Of a stretch of 64,000 nt of DNA, positions 26,280 to 39,864 are shown piece after piece (position 1 is the stretch's first letter; the number at the start of each line of letters is the position of its first letter). The notes beneath the pieces were generated by a model, which did no database searches, was not told where the DNA came from, and saw nothing but the letters and a program-made list of their open reading frames with translations. This DNA comes from Octopus vulgaris (taxonomy: Eukaryota): assembly GCA_951406725.2 (NCBI GenBank), contig OX597831.1:77996001-78060000 (forward strand). Reading direction: 5' to 3'. The translations under genes were made by a program, and so were the position numbers.

Positions 26280-26615
26280 TGTATGTATATATGTATGTAT
26301 GTATGTATGTATGTGTGTATGTATGTATGTATGTGTGTATGGACGTGTGTATGTATGTATGTATGTATGTATATATGTATATATGTATGTATGTGTGTAT
26401 GTATGTATGTATGTATGTATATATGTATATATGTATGTATGTATGTATGTATGTGTGTATGTATGTATGTATGTATGTATGTGTGTATGTATGTATGTAT
26501 GTATATATGTATATATGTATGTATGTATGTATGTGTGTATGTATGTATGTATGTATGTGTGCAAGGACGTGTGTATGTATGTGTGTGTATGTATGTAAGT
26601 ATGTATGTATGTATG

Positions 26616-26646
<31 letters not shown>

Positions 26647-26729
26647 GTAAGTATGTGTGTATGTATATATGTATGTGTGTATGTATGTATGTATGTATGT
26701 ATGTGTGTATGTATGCATGTATGTATGTG
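26119..26729. repeat. (TATG)n compound microsatellite, ~600 bp
   Basis: Direct reading. Confidence 0.95.
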
Positions 26730-26968
26730 ATTGAGAAAGAGAAATCGTGAGAGAGAGAGAAATATAAAGGTAGGGATTAACAGAGGGTGGAGGAGATCAG
26801 GGTGTAAGGGACGATAAAGGGGAGGGAGATAGGGGAATGAGATGGGCTGGGGTGAGGGAGAAGGTCAAATGAGACATGAAGATTACGAGCGATTAAGAAT
26901 CAAGAGCTATAGGGAATTATTAGTATTTGTGATTGTGGAATGGATGTTAATGGTAAAAGTATTATCGA

Positions 26969-27023
<55 letters not shown>

Positions 27024-27090
27024 TATAAATAAATACATACATACATACATATATACATATATATATATGTATGTGTATATATATTATATA

Positions 27091-27490
27091 GGCGTAGAAG
27101 TGGATATGTGGTAAGTAGCTTGCTTACCAGCCACAAGGTTCCGGGTTCAATCCGACTGCGTGGCACCTTGGACAAGTGTCTTCTACTACAGCCTCGGGCC
27201 GACCAAAGGCTTCTGAATGGATTTGTTAGACGGAAACTGAAAAAAACTTGTCATATATATCTATATATATATATATGTGTGTGTGTGGGGGGTGTCTGTG
27301 TTTGTCCCCCCCAACATCGCTTGACAACCGATGCAGGTGTGTTTACGTCACCGTAAATGACCGATAGAATAAGTACTAGGCATACAAAGAATAAATCCTG
27401 GGGTTGATTTGCTCGACTAAAGGCGGTGCTCCACCATGGCCACAGTCAAATGACTGAAACAAGTGAAAGAGTAAAAGCGTAAAAGAGTAT
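27091..27490 (+). mobile_element. SINE family A copy
   Basis: Head ggcgtagaagtggatatgtggtaagtagcttgc to tail cagtcaaatgactgaaac. Confidence 0.88.
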
Positions 27491-27565
27491 ATATATGTAT
27501 GCATGTATGTATGTACATATATGTGCATATAAATGTATGCATATACTTACATACGTTTAAATATA

Positions 27566-27612
<47 letters not shown>

Positions 27613-27775
27613 TTAGGAGAAGCAATAAAGTGACTCGAGGTCCGAGAGTTTCGTGCGTTGAGTCACAACGCACCGAGCTGTCGAGCCTTGTGTCACCCGT
27701 TTGCTTTCTGTTAAATATTAATAAAAATATACTCTTATTTGTGAGTTCTATTTTTCCTGTTTGCACCAGCATACC

Positions 27776-27827
<52 letters not shown>

Positions 27828-28186
27828 ATGAGAGAAATATATTACTCCTTCAGGTGAAACGACGTTCAGTTTCAATAGTATAAGCGTCACACATTTTTGA
27901 GAAAGTCTATTATCTCGGAAACTTTACGATAAATATATTTATCTATGTCAATTACACCTCACCGTCGTTAACAATCGCCTTCATTTTCTCCTCTGTCAAA
28001 CCTTACCAAATCTAATCTTCTTTCCTCTATTTATTTCATTCAGTTTTGTTACTCTGCTTTCCTTTTTGCGATATGTTTCACAATAAGCTTTTACTTCTCT
28101 TAACACTCTCCCTCTTACTATCTTTCCTTCCTCCCTCTCTATCCTATATATATATGTGTATTACAGTGAATTATATATATGCACTA

Positions 28187-28262
<76 letters not shown>

Positions 28263-28301
28263 CACACATGTATATATATATGTATATATGTATATATATA
28301 T

Positions 28302-28551
28302 GAGGTATATTTGCCATCTCAATATGGCTAACCACTAAGGGTGGGGGTGACTGTAGCTTGTAGCCCCTGGAGAACAGCTCCTACAGCGGGCTATAGGCAC
28401 CCTTTCTGTGGCCTATCGGTATTTGCAAAGGGAGGTCATCCTTCCCTCTTCAACCTAAGTGATACGCACGGACTGCAGTTTCTGGGTATTGACCCGTCAT
28501 CAGCGCACGACAATCACCGGTGTTCAATGATACCCCGTTCAGGGATTTATT

Positions 28552-28556
<5 letters not shown>
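28302..28556 (-). mobile_element. Penelope-like pLTR remnant between (TA)n tracts
   Basis: Contains a hammerhead (28465-28509). Motifs shared with 19565-19720 (tagccc..gga), 587-712 and 30094-30360. Confidence 0.65.
28465..28509 (-). ncRNA. Type I minimal hammerhead ribozyme motif (intact core, GUC triplet)
   Basis: Minus strand cgtgcg-CTGATGA-c-gggt-caat-accc-a-GAAA-c-tgca-g-TC-cgtgcg; stem III is the palindrome ACTGCAGT. Predicted cleavage between 28471 and 28470. Confidence 0.75.
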
Positions 28557-28626
<70 letters not shown>

Positions 28627-30093
28627 TTGTATATATTTATATATGTATATTATTGGAACCGTATGTCATTTTGTGACTCACGTTTCATGCAAATACGATC
28701 TTCAAGCGAGAAGTGTTGCGGCTGATGGTATATTAATATTTGCTTGTGTCGATGTTGTCATTTCCTTGCGGCTGTCGACTGTCTTATAGTTTGCGCTTAC
28801 TGATTGACTGTTATCTTTCTGCCTCATCGCTGAATGTATTTGACCGTGTGGTGTATATATTTTGTTGTATTTATTGATGAATGGGATCCTGCTTCCGTTA
28901 TAATGTTGGTGTTATTTGTTTATCTGATTAAGATTAAGTTTATGTTGCTTTTCTTATCCTATTTGTTCAAGTTTGTGTCGCTTGTATTTATAAATACTGT
29001 GGAAGATGCAAAACTAAATTCATCTTTAAAATATACTCCAAAACCTCAACAGGATTAATGAAAATCAAACACCATTCTTACACAAATTATAAGAATAAAA
29101 TCGAACCACAAACAGCCGACTCAGAATTTACGTTCGATACATAGTATTGATGCCTATCCTAAGAGAAATACGAAAACAATATTCGCCAAAATACACCCAC
29201 TTGAAGAAACATTTTGAGCGGAGCAAAAAAACAGAAAAGGATCCTTATGCTTCGTCGTTGTCAATGGCATCACTGACTTCCCATCCGTGACCTCTCAGAT
29301 GGCTATTCAGTACAGTTACATCTCTGCATGTTTTGAAGCACAGGTGACAGATGAAAGTTGTAACACACCGAAAACTTCCAACTGCTTAGATCAGCCTGTT
29401 GTTACACTTCCACCGCCATCGGGCTTTCTGTAGATGGAGTAACGATAGATGGAGAAACCATAGAGAGATATTTGTACGCCATTGGATTATAGGGATAACC
29501 GCTTATTCACCATGAGTCCCACTGATAGTAGGTCGAAGTTCGATGACCAGTAATCACACGAAATTGCATGTTTTATATCAGTGTCCTTCTCTGAGATGAA
29601 TACTGTAACACCAGTTAAGGGTTCGTCACTTCCGGTGGTTTTACTGCGCTCCCTGACACTAATCACGAGTATTCCTGCACTCCGGCCTCAAATGGATTGT
29701 TATTGCATTTGCTAGTTAACCCATAGCTAGGACTCTGTCCAGTGCTACTACTCAAGCTTCAGGCAGACCTAGAAATAATTGTGGCTAAGACGTGGTTCCA
29801 CATTCTATAAAACTCTGGAACATACACATAAAAACCCCATACTAGGCAGGTTTATAGAGAGAAGCAGAGAGAGGATCAGAGAGAGAGAGAGAGAGTGTGT
29901 GCGTTGTCATTTAACCCCAGATAAACCAGGAAGGGTTCACATTAACCATGCTGAAAAGCAATCCATCCGCGGTCACCATACCGTTTTGATGGGATATAAA
30001 TCTTATTCATCGTTCACATATTTAAGAAAAGAAAAGGAATTAGAAAATTACTATTTTTAAATCTCACAACGAGAGATATTCAGCAACAGTACA

Positions 30094-30360
30094 TTGGTGT
30101 AAAGATTGTTTGCCAACATAACATGGCAGTCCTTATTTAGGACGAATGTTGCTGTAATTTAGCCCCAGGAGACATCGTCTCCAGCTGGCTTTACAACACA
30201 ATCTATATCCTTATATTTTCGATTCCCTTGTTCGAAAATATAAGGACACAGATAGTGTCGTATAGCCAGCTGGAGACGATGTCTCCTGGGGTTAAATTAT
30301 AGCAACATTCATCCTAAACCAGGAATGCCATGTTATGTTGGCAAATAATCTTTGCTCCAA
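30094..30360. repeat. Fold-back inverted repeat (~129-bp arms, 9-nt loop); PLE- or MITE-like
   Basis: 30094-30222 vs 30232-30360, e.g. ccccaggagacatcgtctccagctggct / agccagctggagacgatgtctcctgggg. Confidence 0.88.
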
Positions 30361-30918
30361 GATAAGGAATGTTTAGCTGCTATTTCTGGCATGGATTGTG
30401 ACTATATGGAGGGCAGAGACCGTAGCTCTAGGAAGCGAGACAAGCAAGAGAGTGGTAGGTAGAGGTAAATAATGGCTGCAAGAAAATAACTGAGGGAAGG
30501 TTTTAAGATTAAAAGTGAGAATGTTTAAAGGTGATTGAGAGTAAGTGAGAGTGAGGGCGAAAGTGTGTGAATGAGGGTGAGTGAGTTTGAATGAGGGTAG
30601 GTGAATGTGAGTTTGGTGGGGTGGGGGACGGGTGGCGAAAGGAACAATGAAAGTTGGACATTTTGTATGTTTTTGTTACTTTGTAGAGAACAGCACAGAC
30701 GAAAATAGGAAGGTAATTGTGAGAATTGAAATTTACAGCTACAGAGAGAGGGGGGGAGAGGAGAAAAGAGAGAGAGAGAGAGTGAAAGAGGGAGGAAGAG
30801 AGAGAAGGGGAGGGAGAGGGAAGAGGAGAAGCGAAGATAATTGATGAAAGACGTAGAATTACATTCTGAATGAAAAAGAAAACTATGTAAGGATGTATGC
30901 ATATACATACATACATAC

Positions 30919-30953
<35 letters not shown>

Positions 30954-30971
30954 CGTGTATGCATATGTATA

Positions 30972-31024
<53 letters not shown>

Positions 31025-31061
31025 TATGTACATATAAATATATATGTATACACACAAACAC

Positions 31062-31101
<40 letters not shown>

Positions 31102-31477
31102 GTATATGCATATACATACATATATATATAAATATATACATATATATATGTGCATCCACATACACACACACACGCACACAAATATGTGTATATATATATA
31201 TATGTGTGTGTGTGTGTGAGTGTGTGTGTGTGTATGAGTGTGTATGTGTATTCATTTTATGTATATACATACGCGTATGCATACACATATTGGTAAGTTT
31301 GTAATCGTAGCTGTTACAAAGCAGAAAGAGCAGGAAGAAAAGAAAGGAGAAAATAGTGAATGAAATGACAAAGAAGTGAAAGAAGGAATGACCAGTGAAA
31401 GAGAATGGAAAGAGTAAGAAAGAGAAAATCGATTGCGGAAGAAATTTGTTTTAAGAATATGTGAAAGAAATGAATGT

Positions 31478-32335
31478 AGGAATGGCTGTGTGGTAAGTAG
31501 CTTGCTTACCAACCACATGGTTCAGGGTTCACTTCCACTGTGTGGCCCCTTGGGCAAGTGTCTTCTGCTATAGCCTCGGGCCGACCAAAGCCTTGTGAGT
31601 GGATTTGGTAGACGGAAACTGTAAGAAGCCCGTCGTATATATGTATATGTATATGTGTGTGTATATGTTTGTGTGTCTGTGTTTGTCCCCCCAACATCGC
31701 TTGACAACCGATGCTGGTGTGTTTACGTAACCGTAACTTAGCGGTTCGGCAAAAGAGACTGATAGAATAAGTACTAGGCTTACAAAGAATAAGTCCTGTG
31801 GTCGATTTGCTCGACTAAAGGCGCTGCTCCAGCATGGCCACAGTCAAATGACTGAAACAATTAAAAGAGAGTAAAAAGTAATCAGGTGAAGTAAAAAGAA
31901 AGAAGGAAAGAAGTCAGGAAAGAATGAAACCAGAATGGAATGAAAGAGAGGAAAGAATGAAATGAAGGTAACAAGAACAGGCGTGGTTGTGTGGTTAAGA
32001 AGCTCGGTTTGGTTCCACGCAATTTCGGGTTCGATCCCACTACGCAGCACCTTGGGTTAGTGGCTTTTTCTATAGTTCCAGGCTGACCTTCATTGAATTT
32101 CTTGGACAGAAATGTGTCGTATATATATATATATATATATGTACTGTTTACTCTTTTACTGGTTTCAGTCATTTGACTGCGGCCATGCTGGAGCACCGCC
32201 TTTAGTCGAACAAATTCACCCCAGTAGTTATTCTATCGGTTTCTTTTGCCGAACCGCTAAGTTACATGGACGTAAACACACCAACATCGGTTGTCAAGCA
32301 AAGATGCGGGGACAAACACAAACATACAAACAAAT

Positions 32336-32417
<82 letters not shown>

Positions 32418-32580
32418 GGCAGGCTTCTTTCAGTTTCTGTCTACCATTTAAAAGGCTTTCGGTATACCCATTCAAAAGGTTTTGCAGAAGACACTCGCCC
32501 AAGGGGCCACGCAGTGGGACTGAACCCAGGACCATGTGGTTGGTAAGCAGGCAACTTACCACACAGCAACTCCTGTGCCT
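31478..32580. mobile_element. Cluster of SINE family A copies (+ 31478-31880, + head ~31978-32120, - 32145-32580)
   Basis: Family A head and tail motifs on both strands. Confidence 0.85.
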
Positions 32581-32789
32581 ATATACAAAAGTAGAAAATA
32601 GAAGGTAATTAATTTCCTATACAGAACAATGAATTAGCCCTCAGTCAATAGAGCTAAAAGAATATAGAACAATATAGGTTTCAATGAAAAGGCAACTTTC
32701 GAGATATTGACAGTCAGAAAACATGATTTTACTCAATATATTTTTCAAAAGACGCAATACATCATATAAAATATATAATATATAAGTAC

Positions 32790-32820
<31 letters not shown>

Positions 32821-33139
32821 ATAAATATTTCATATATATCCGTACGAGACTGCATGAAATTGTAAATCTGTTATGAAATCTAAAACTGTTGGAGGTTAAA
32901 TATTAAAGGTTCACTGCATTGCAAAATAGAAAATGTGAAAAAGATGCGTGGCTAGCTGTGAAAGCGAATACTTAAATCCAGCCATCAAATTTATATATAA
33001 AGCCTACGACCGATTCGGCAAAGGTATTTCAGAATGGGTGAACTATTTGTGCCCATCTCGAATATATACATTTCTTTCATCATACATACATACATACGTA
33101 CATAGCGTACGTTTGTATGTATGTATGTATGTATGTATT

Positions 33140-33310
33140 TGTGTGCGTTTCTCTCCTTGTTTCTTTTCTGTGTATCTTTCTGTCGAAGAGCGCAGGCTCG
33201 AAACGTAAAAGACTTGTTCTATTTCTATTCTTGAGCGCCATACTAATACATTTGTTTGTTTGTACTCCACCTGCCTTCGTCTTTTGTTTATTTTCGTAAA
33301 CCTTCCCTTT
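33140..33310 (+). mobile_element. Penelope-like remnant with hammerhead-like motif at 33176-33211
   Basis: cttt-CTGTCGA-a-gagc-gcag-gctc-GAAA-cg-TA-aaag, followed by (TA)n. Confidence 0.55.
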
Positions 33311-33313
33311 ATA

Positions 33314-33389
<76 letters not shown>

Positions 33390-33390
<1 letters not shown>

Positions 33391-33800
33391 CTCTTTTACT
33401 CTTTTACTTGTTTCAGTCATTTGACTGCGGTCATGCTGGAGCACCGCCTTTAGTCGAGCAAATCAACCTCGGTACTTATTCTTTATAAGCCCAGTACTTA
33501 TTCTATCGGTCTCTTTTACCAAACCGCTAGGTGACGGGGGACGTAAACACACCAGCATCGGTTGTCAAGCAATGCTAGGGGGACAAACACAGACACACAA
33601 ACATACACACACACACATATATATATATATACATATATACGACAGGCTTCTTTCAGTTTCCGTCTACCAAATCCACTCACAAGGCATTGGTCGGCCCGGG
33701 GCTATAGCAGAAGACACTTGCCGAAGGTGCCATGCAGTGGGACTGAACCCGGAACCATGTGGTTAGTAAGCAAGCTACTTTCCACACAGCCACTCCTGCG

Positions 33801-33802
<2 letters not shown>
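33390..33802 (-). mobile_element. SINE family A, full-length young copy
   Basis: Near reverse complement of 18589-19010; flanked by (TA)n. Confidence 0.9.
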
Positions 33803-33839
<37 letters not shown>

Positions 33840-34007
33840 TTTAATAATGAAGTGAAACCAAAAAGTCATACTTTAAATCATTTAATACGTACGTTTCTGG
33901 TCTGCGCAATAATATAAGTAGTAAACGCATCCATTACGTAAGACCTTCCTCGTTTAAATCGTTTCAAATATTCTGGCACTGTGCGCCGCTTTTTAACGTA
34001 ACGCGAA

Positions 34008-34041
<34 letters not shown>

Positions 34042-34539
34042 ATTTGTGCTTGTGTCTTTACTCTACGAGCACTTGATAACTGGTGTTGGTTTGTTTACGT
34101 CCCAGCAACTTAGCAGTTCCGCAAAAGTCATTGATGAAAGAAATACCCGACATAAAAAAGGACAAATGTATTGGGATTGATTTGTTCGACCTAAACCCCT
34201 GAACAGGACGCTGTTCCACTGCGGGGTTCAAGGCCAGCAATTCTGAGGGTAGGGGTTCAAGTCGATTACATCGACCCCAGTAATTCGTTCTTACCTTTTC
34301 TATCAACTCTGAAGAGATGAAAGCCAAAGTCGGTCTTGGCGGGATTTCAACTCAGAACTTAAAGCGCCGGAAGAATACCTCTAAGCATTTTATTCAACAT
34401 GACAAAGATTCTCTTAGATCGCTGCATCAAATACATTTAAATCAAAGACTATCAGACAATTTGTAGAATGTTATACAAGCATGAATATTTCGTTATCTCC
34501 ACGAACGGTAACTCATCATAAACTGTAAATCATGAGAAA

Positions 34540-34925
34540 GCAGCCTTTACGCGATCGCTCAACCTGCAAGAAACAACGACAAAATATCCTTCAGATCATA
34601 CTCTACTGTCTTTACTAAGTAAACACTCATATCAAACAATGTGAACATATGTAGTTCTAATTAGACAGGATGGTCACGGTTGGAGTGCTTTTGGTTATAG
34701 GTTTGTTTCATGAGAGCTAAGCAACAACAGCTGAAACATGATCCGATATGGCCACTTGACATGCTAGATATAACAGCCGAAACTACCTCAGCACCCTAAT
34801 GTTCATAGAATGGGAAAGAAATTAATGGATAATATAGTCCCGAGTAGACTGAACACTAGGAAAAGACAGGATGGGCACGGTTGGAATGTTTTAACCCTAG
34901 GCTGACACAACAGCAGAAACAACAA
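34540..34925 (+). repeat. Diverged ~200-bp tandem duplication of an unclassified repeat
   Basis: agacaggatggtcacggttggagtgctttt (~34663) and agacaggatgggcacggttggaatgtttt (~34864). Confidence 0.5.
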
Positions 34926-34954
34926 TTAAAATACAACATCTACCGCCATTATCA

Positions 34955-35265
34955 TCATTACTACCACCACTATCACCACCACCACTACCAACAACAACAA
35001 CAACACTGACACTACGACAACCGCTACCACCACATCACCATCGCCACCACCATCAACACTACCATCACTTCCACTACCCTCACCACCACCACCAACACCA
35101 CCACCAACACCACCACCACCACCACCGCCGCCGCCGCTAACAACGCCACCACCGCCATCTTCCGCCACCTTCAACACCATCGCCAACAACACCAATACCA
35201 TCGCCACCTCTACCACCGCTACGACCACAACCACCACCAGCACACCACTACCACTACCACCCCCA
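34955..35265. repeat. (CAC/CAA/CAT)n degenerate trinucleotide tract
   Basis: Direct reading. Confidence 0.9.
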
Positions 35266-36144
35266 GTAACAGCTACACATTCATCATATTATTTAAAATT
35301 TCTCGATTGAGAAAGGCAATAACATACATATACAAATGCGTCTATACAAACTTTCATTCGCTGATATTTAATCAAGATGAAACCAGTTTCTTAGTCAAGT
35401 TGACAGGTAAATAGCAAACAAGAACGACTGAATTAAAACCTTAATCTTTTTAAAATTTTCGTCAAGGTTTCTTCTCTTTTCCTCTCCACCAACCCCGCTT
35501 CCCAATATGTTGTTAGTATTTAAAAACGAATGCGATTATAACGCTAAGTAAACTTGACTTCTTGTTCATCAACTTAACATTTTGATAGATTAAAATGTTC
35601 GGGCTTTTTCCTTTTCATTTTTTTTTTATTTTTATGCTTTTTATGGGGTTTTTTTTTTCTAATTTCAGACTGTTTTGCCAAAAGCGAGCATTGACACACA
35701 TGCATTTAAATAGATTTTAAATTAAGCAAAACATTTTCAGTCAATGAGGTTTTTCGACTAATTTCTCTCTTTCTTAAACCTAAATACAATATGCTCTGGG
35801 TAGGAGATTGAACTGAATCCGGTGGCAACGATACAGTTCGGGAGTCCTTGAGATTTTAGAGAATAACAAGATACATTTTATTCATCAATAGCCCCAGGTC
35901 CGCTTTGTTCCGGAGCTATAGCGCCTGTCATGGTGCCCCAGTTATTACATATATGTTATTTCACTCCTTTACTTGTTTGTTCGACTAAAACCTTTTCGGG
36001 GCAGCGCTCCAGCATGGCCGCTGTCAAATGACTGAAACAAATAGAAGAATATATATATATATAGGCATGTATTGATTAGCACCCATCTGGATCACTTGCG
36101 ATTCTTCCAACTTGTCGTGAAAACAGTAACTATTCCTAACATAG

Positions 36145-36600
36145 ACGCAGTGTGGCTGTGTGGTAAGAAGCTTGCTTCCCGACCATATGGTTCCGGGTTC
36201 AGTTACACTGCGTGGCACCTTGGGCAAATGTTTTTGGTTATACCCTCTGGACCAAACCCTTGTGAGTGGAACTGGTTGACGGAAACTGAAAAGAAGCCTG
36301 CCGGATATCTATATCTATAAATCTCTATCTATCCATCTATCTATCTATCTATCTATATATATATATATACATATATATATTTATGTGTGTCTTTGTGTCT
36401 GTGTTTGTCTCCCCATCGCTTGACAACCGATGTTGGTGTGTTTACGTCCCCGTAACTTAACTGTTCGGCAGAAGAGCCTCATAGAATAAATACCAAGCTT
36501 ACAAAGAATAAACCCTGGAATAGATTTTTTCGACTCAGAGGCGGTGTTCCAGCATGGCCGCAGTCAGATGACTGAAAAAAGTAAATGAATAAATGAATAA
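36145..36600 (+). mobile_element. SINE family A copy
   Basis: gacgcagtgtggctgtgtggtaagaagcttgc...cagtcagatgactgaaa. Confidence 0.85.
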
Positions 36601-36704
36601 AAGCGCAAGGCGGGAGGAGGTTAGTCGATGGAAGGCAAGGTCGAACGCAGAACGTAAAACAGAGGGAAATGTTGCTAAGCACTAATAGAAATATTAATTT
36701 GTTT

Positions 36705-36921
36705 CAGATTTTGGCACAAGGACAGCAAGTTCAGGGAAGCTGTTGATTTGATTACATCGATCCCCAGTGCACAACTGGTATTTATTCTATCAACTCCCGA
36801 AAGGATGAAAGCAAAGTCGACCTCAGTGAAATTTGAACTCAGAACGTGGAGACGGCCGAAATGCTGTTAAGCGGTATATCCGGTGCACACTAATGATTTT
36901 GCCAGCACCCCAACTCCGTGA

Positions 36922-36955
<34 letters not shown>

Positions 36956-37950
36956 TGCAACAACAATGATGATGATTTCGAATTTTGGCAGAAAGCCAGC
37001 AGTTTCGCGGGTCGGATTAAGTTGATATCGTCGACCCCCAGAACTCGGTAGATGCTTTATTTTATCGATCCCGAAAGGATGAAAGACAAAGTCGACCTCG
37101 GCGGAATTTGAACTCAGAACGTTGCGACGGCCGAAATACCTGTTTCTTTACTACTCACAAGGGGCTAAACACAGAGAGGACAAACAAAGACAGACAAACG
37201 GATTAAGTCGATTATATCGACCCCAGTGCGTAACTGGTACTTAATTTATCGACCCCGAAAGGATGAAAGCAAAGTTGACCTCGGCGGAATTTGAACTCAG
37301 AATGTAACGGCAGACGAAATACGGCTACGCATTTCGCCCGTGTGCTAACGTTATTGCCACCACGCCGCTCTAACAACAATAATATTCATCATTAAAAATT
37401 TTTGCCACAAGGTCAGCCTGGGGTTGGGTGGGGATGAGTCGATTGCGTCAACCCCAGTGTACAACTGGTACTTATTTTATCGACTTCCGCAAGGATGAAA
37501 GGAAAAGTCGGCCTCGGCGGAATTTAAACTCAGAACGTAAAGGCAGACGAAATACTGCTTAGCATTTCGCCCGGCGTTGCTAACGTTTGTACCAGCTCAC
37601 TGCCCTAACAACTATAATAATAATGATTCCAAATTTTGGCACAACGCCAAGTTCGGTTGAGGGGATAACCCGATTACATCGACCCCAGTATTCAACTGGT
37701 ACCTATTTTATCGACCATGAAAGATTAAAAGCCAAGTCGACATCGGCGGCATTCGATTCTGCCAGCGATCTGCCTTCACAACAACAACGATAATGATAAA
37801 TCTTTCTAATACAGATACGAGGCCTACACTTCGGGAAGGGAGTCGATTAATCGATAGCATCGACTCCAGTAGTTGACTGGTACAATTTTTTTTTCTTTTA
37901 TCAACCCCGATGAAAGACCAAGTTTACATCGGTGGGATTTGAACTCGGAA
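36705..37950 (-). mobile_element. Cluster of about six co-oriented SINE family B copies
   Basis: Repeated cgaaaggatgaaag(g)caaagtcgacctcggcggaatttgaactcagaac units; junction ccgaaatacc|tgtttc at 37140. Confidence 0.85.
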
Positions 37951-37956
37951 TTTAAA

Positions 37957-38211
37957 AGAGGAGGAGAAGAAGGAGGAGGAGAAGAAGAAGAAGAAGAAGA
38001 AGAAGAAGAAGAAGAAGAAGAAGAAGAAGAAGAAGAAGAAGGGTTGGGTAAAGGAGAAGAAGGAGGAGAAGGAGAAGAAGAAGAAGAAGAAGAAGAAGAA
38101 GAAGAAGAAGAAGAAGAAGAAGAAGAAGAAGAAGAAAAAGAAGAAGAAGAAGAAGAAGAAGAAGAAGAAGAAGAAGAAGAAGAAGAAGAAGAGGAAGAGG
38201 AAGAGGAAGAA
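37957..38211. repeat. (GAA)n polypurine tract
   Basis: Direct reading; explains the poly-E/S/F/L ORFs. Confidence 0.95.
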
Positions 38212-38562
38212 AATTGTATGGGAAAGAAAAAAAGAAGACAAGTAGAGTGGGGAAGGGTAAAAACAAGTAAGCGGAAAAGGTGCATAGCGTCGCAGTTGAA
38301 TTGATTTGAGTAATTTTTGGACAATGACAACTTCTTAATCAACCTCAAAATGCGGAAATAGCTGAGTGGCAAATTGTTCTGTTTGAATGCATTGAAGAGT
38401 TTTGTCTTGTGAGAATAAGATTCCTAGAAATCATTTTCCTGATTAATATAACATTCCGCCATTGTCATTTTATTTTTTACCTCATCGTCGTCGTCATCGT
38501 CATCGTCATCGTAATTGTTTCTCTCTCTCTCTCTCCCTCTCTCTCTCTTTCTCTGCCTTTCT

Positions 38563-38947
38563 TATTTCTTTATTGCCCACAAGGGGCTAAACATAGAGGG
38601 GTCAATCAAGGACAGACAAACGGATTAAGTCGATTACATCGACCCCAGTGCGAGCTGGCAGAAACGTTAGCAGGCCGGGCGAAATGCTTAGCGGCATTTC
38701 GTCTGCCGCTACGTTCTGAGTTCAAATTCCGCCGAGGTCGACTTTGCCTTTCATCCTTTCGAGGTCGATTAAATAAGTACCAGTTACGCATTGGGGTCGA
38801 TATAATCGACTTAAGCCGATTGTCTGTCCTTGTTTGTCCTCTCTGTGTTTAGCCCCGTCGTGGGTAGTAAAGAAATAGGTACTTAATTTATCAAATGCCG
38901 CTAAGCATTTCGCCCAGCGTGCTAACGTTTCTTCCAGCTCGCCGCCT
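38563..38947. mobile_element. SINE family B (+, ~38650-38877) nested in an opposite-strand family B copy
   Basis: The outer copy is interrupted at ccccagtgcg...ggtacttaatttatc; the inner copy runs head to tail on +. Confidence 0.8.
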
Positions 38948-39805
38948 TTCTCTCCCTTGTGTTCCTGCGTTTGTAAGTGCGTTTGTCAGTGGGTATAACA
39001 TACACATGACTTTTATCTGTTTCTTTCCACTTGTTTCAGCTGGGTTTTTTTTTTCTTTTTAAACCATGTACTTATTCTATCGGTCTCTTTTACCGAACCG
39101 CTTGCTTACGGAGACGTAAAAGCACCAATACTTGTTGTGGGGGGATAAAAACTGTTGTTGAGCAAAGCACTTCATTTCCCGTTGCTGCAGGCCACTCAAG
39201 TGACAAAAAGGATCTGCGCTGCAGCGGACCGACGACCTGTGCAGTGGGTAAATATATACGCCACAGAACCCAGGAAATCGGCGTTAAGAGCCTGTGCCAC
39301 GAGAAGGGCTTTGATCCGTGTGTATATATATATACAAATATGAATGGATGGATGGATGGATGGATGGGTGGATATATGCCTGTGGGTGTTCACGTGTACG
39401 CACACGTGTATATATACAGAGTCCTTAAATTACCATTACAATTTGAAAAATACATACAAACACACATACACACACAAAATAAGGTTACCTCAGCAGAACT
39501 TATTGGAAAACGTAGGCAAACAAATAGTTTTAGCAGAGAACGCGTTCCACGTACGCTCCATTGTTCGCACGCAACTTGCTGAGTTATCATCGCTTTTCAT
39601 TTTGTCCCCGAATTTTTCAAATTGTAAAGTTAATTTATGGACACCCTGAATATATGAATATATCTCTGTGTGCGTTCGTTTTTGAATTTATCAACAATAT
39701 TGCTATCACTAAAAGCGGACACGATATTGACTTATATATACATTGAATGTTCTTGGTGGTATACTATGTTACCAAACGAAATACAGGGTCCCTATCAGCA
39801 ATTAA

Positions 39806-39851
<46 letters not shown>

Positions 39852-39864
39852 TTTCGAGAATCTT

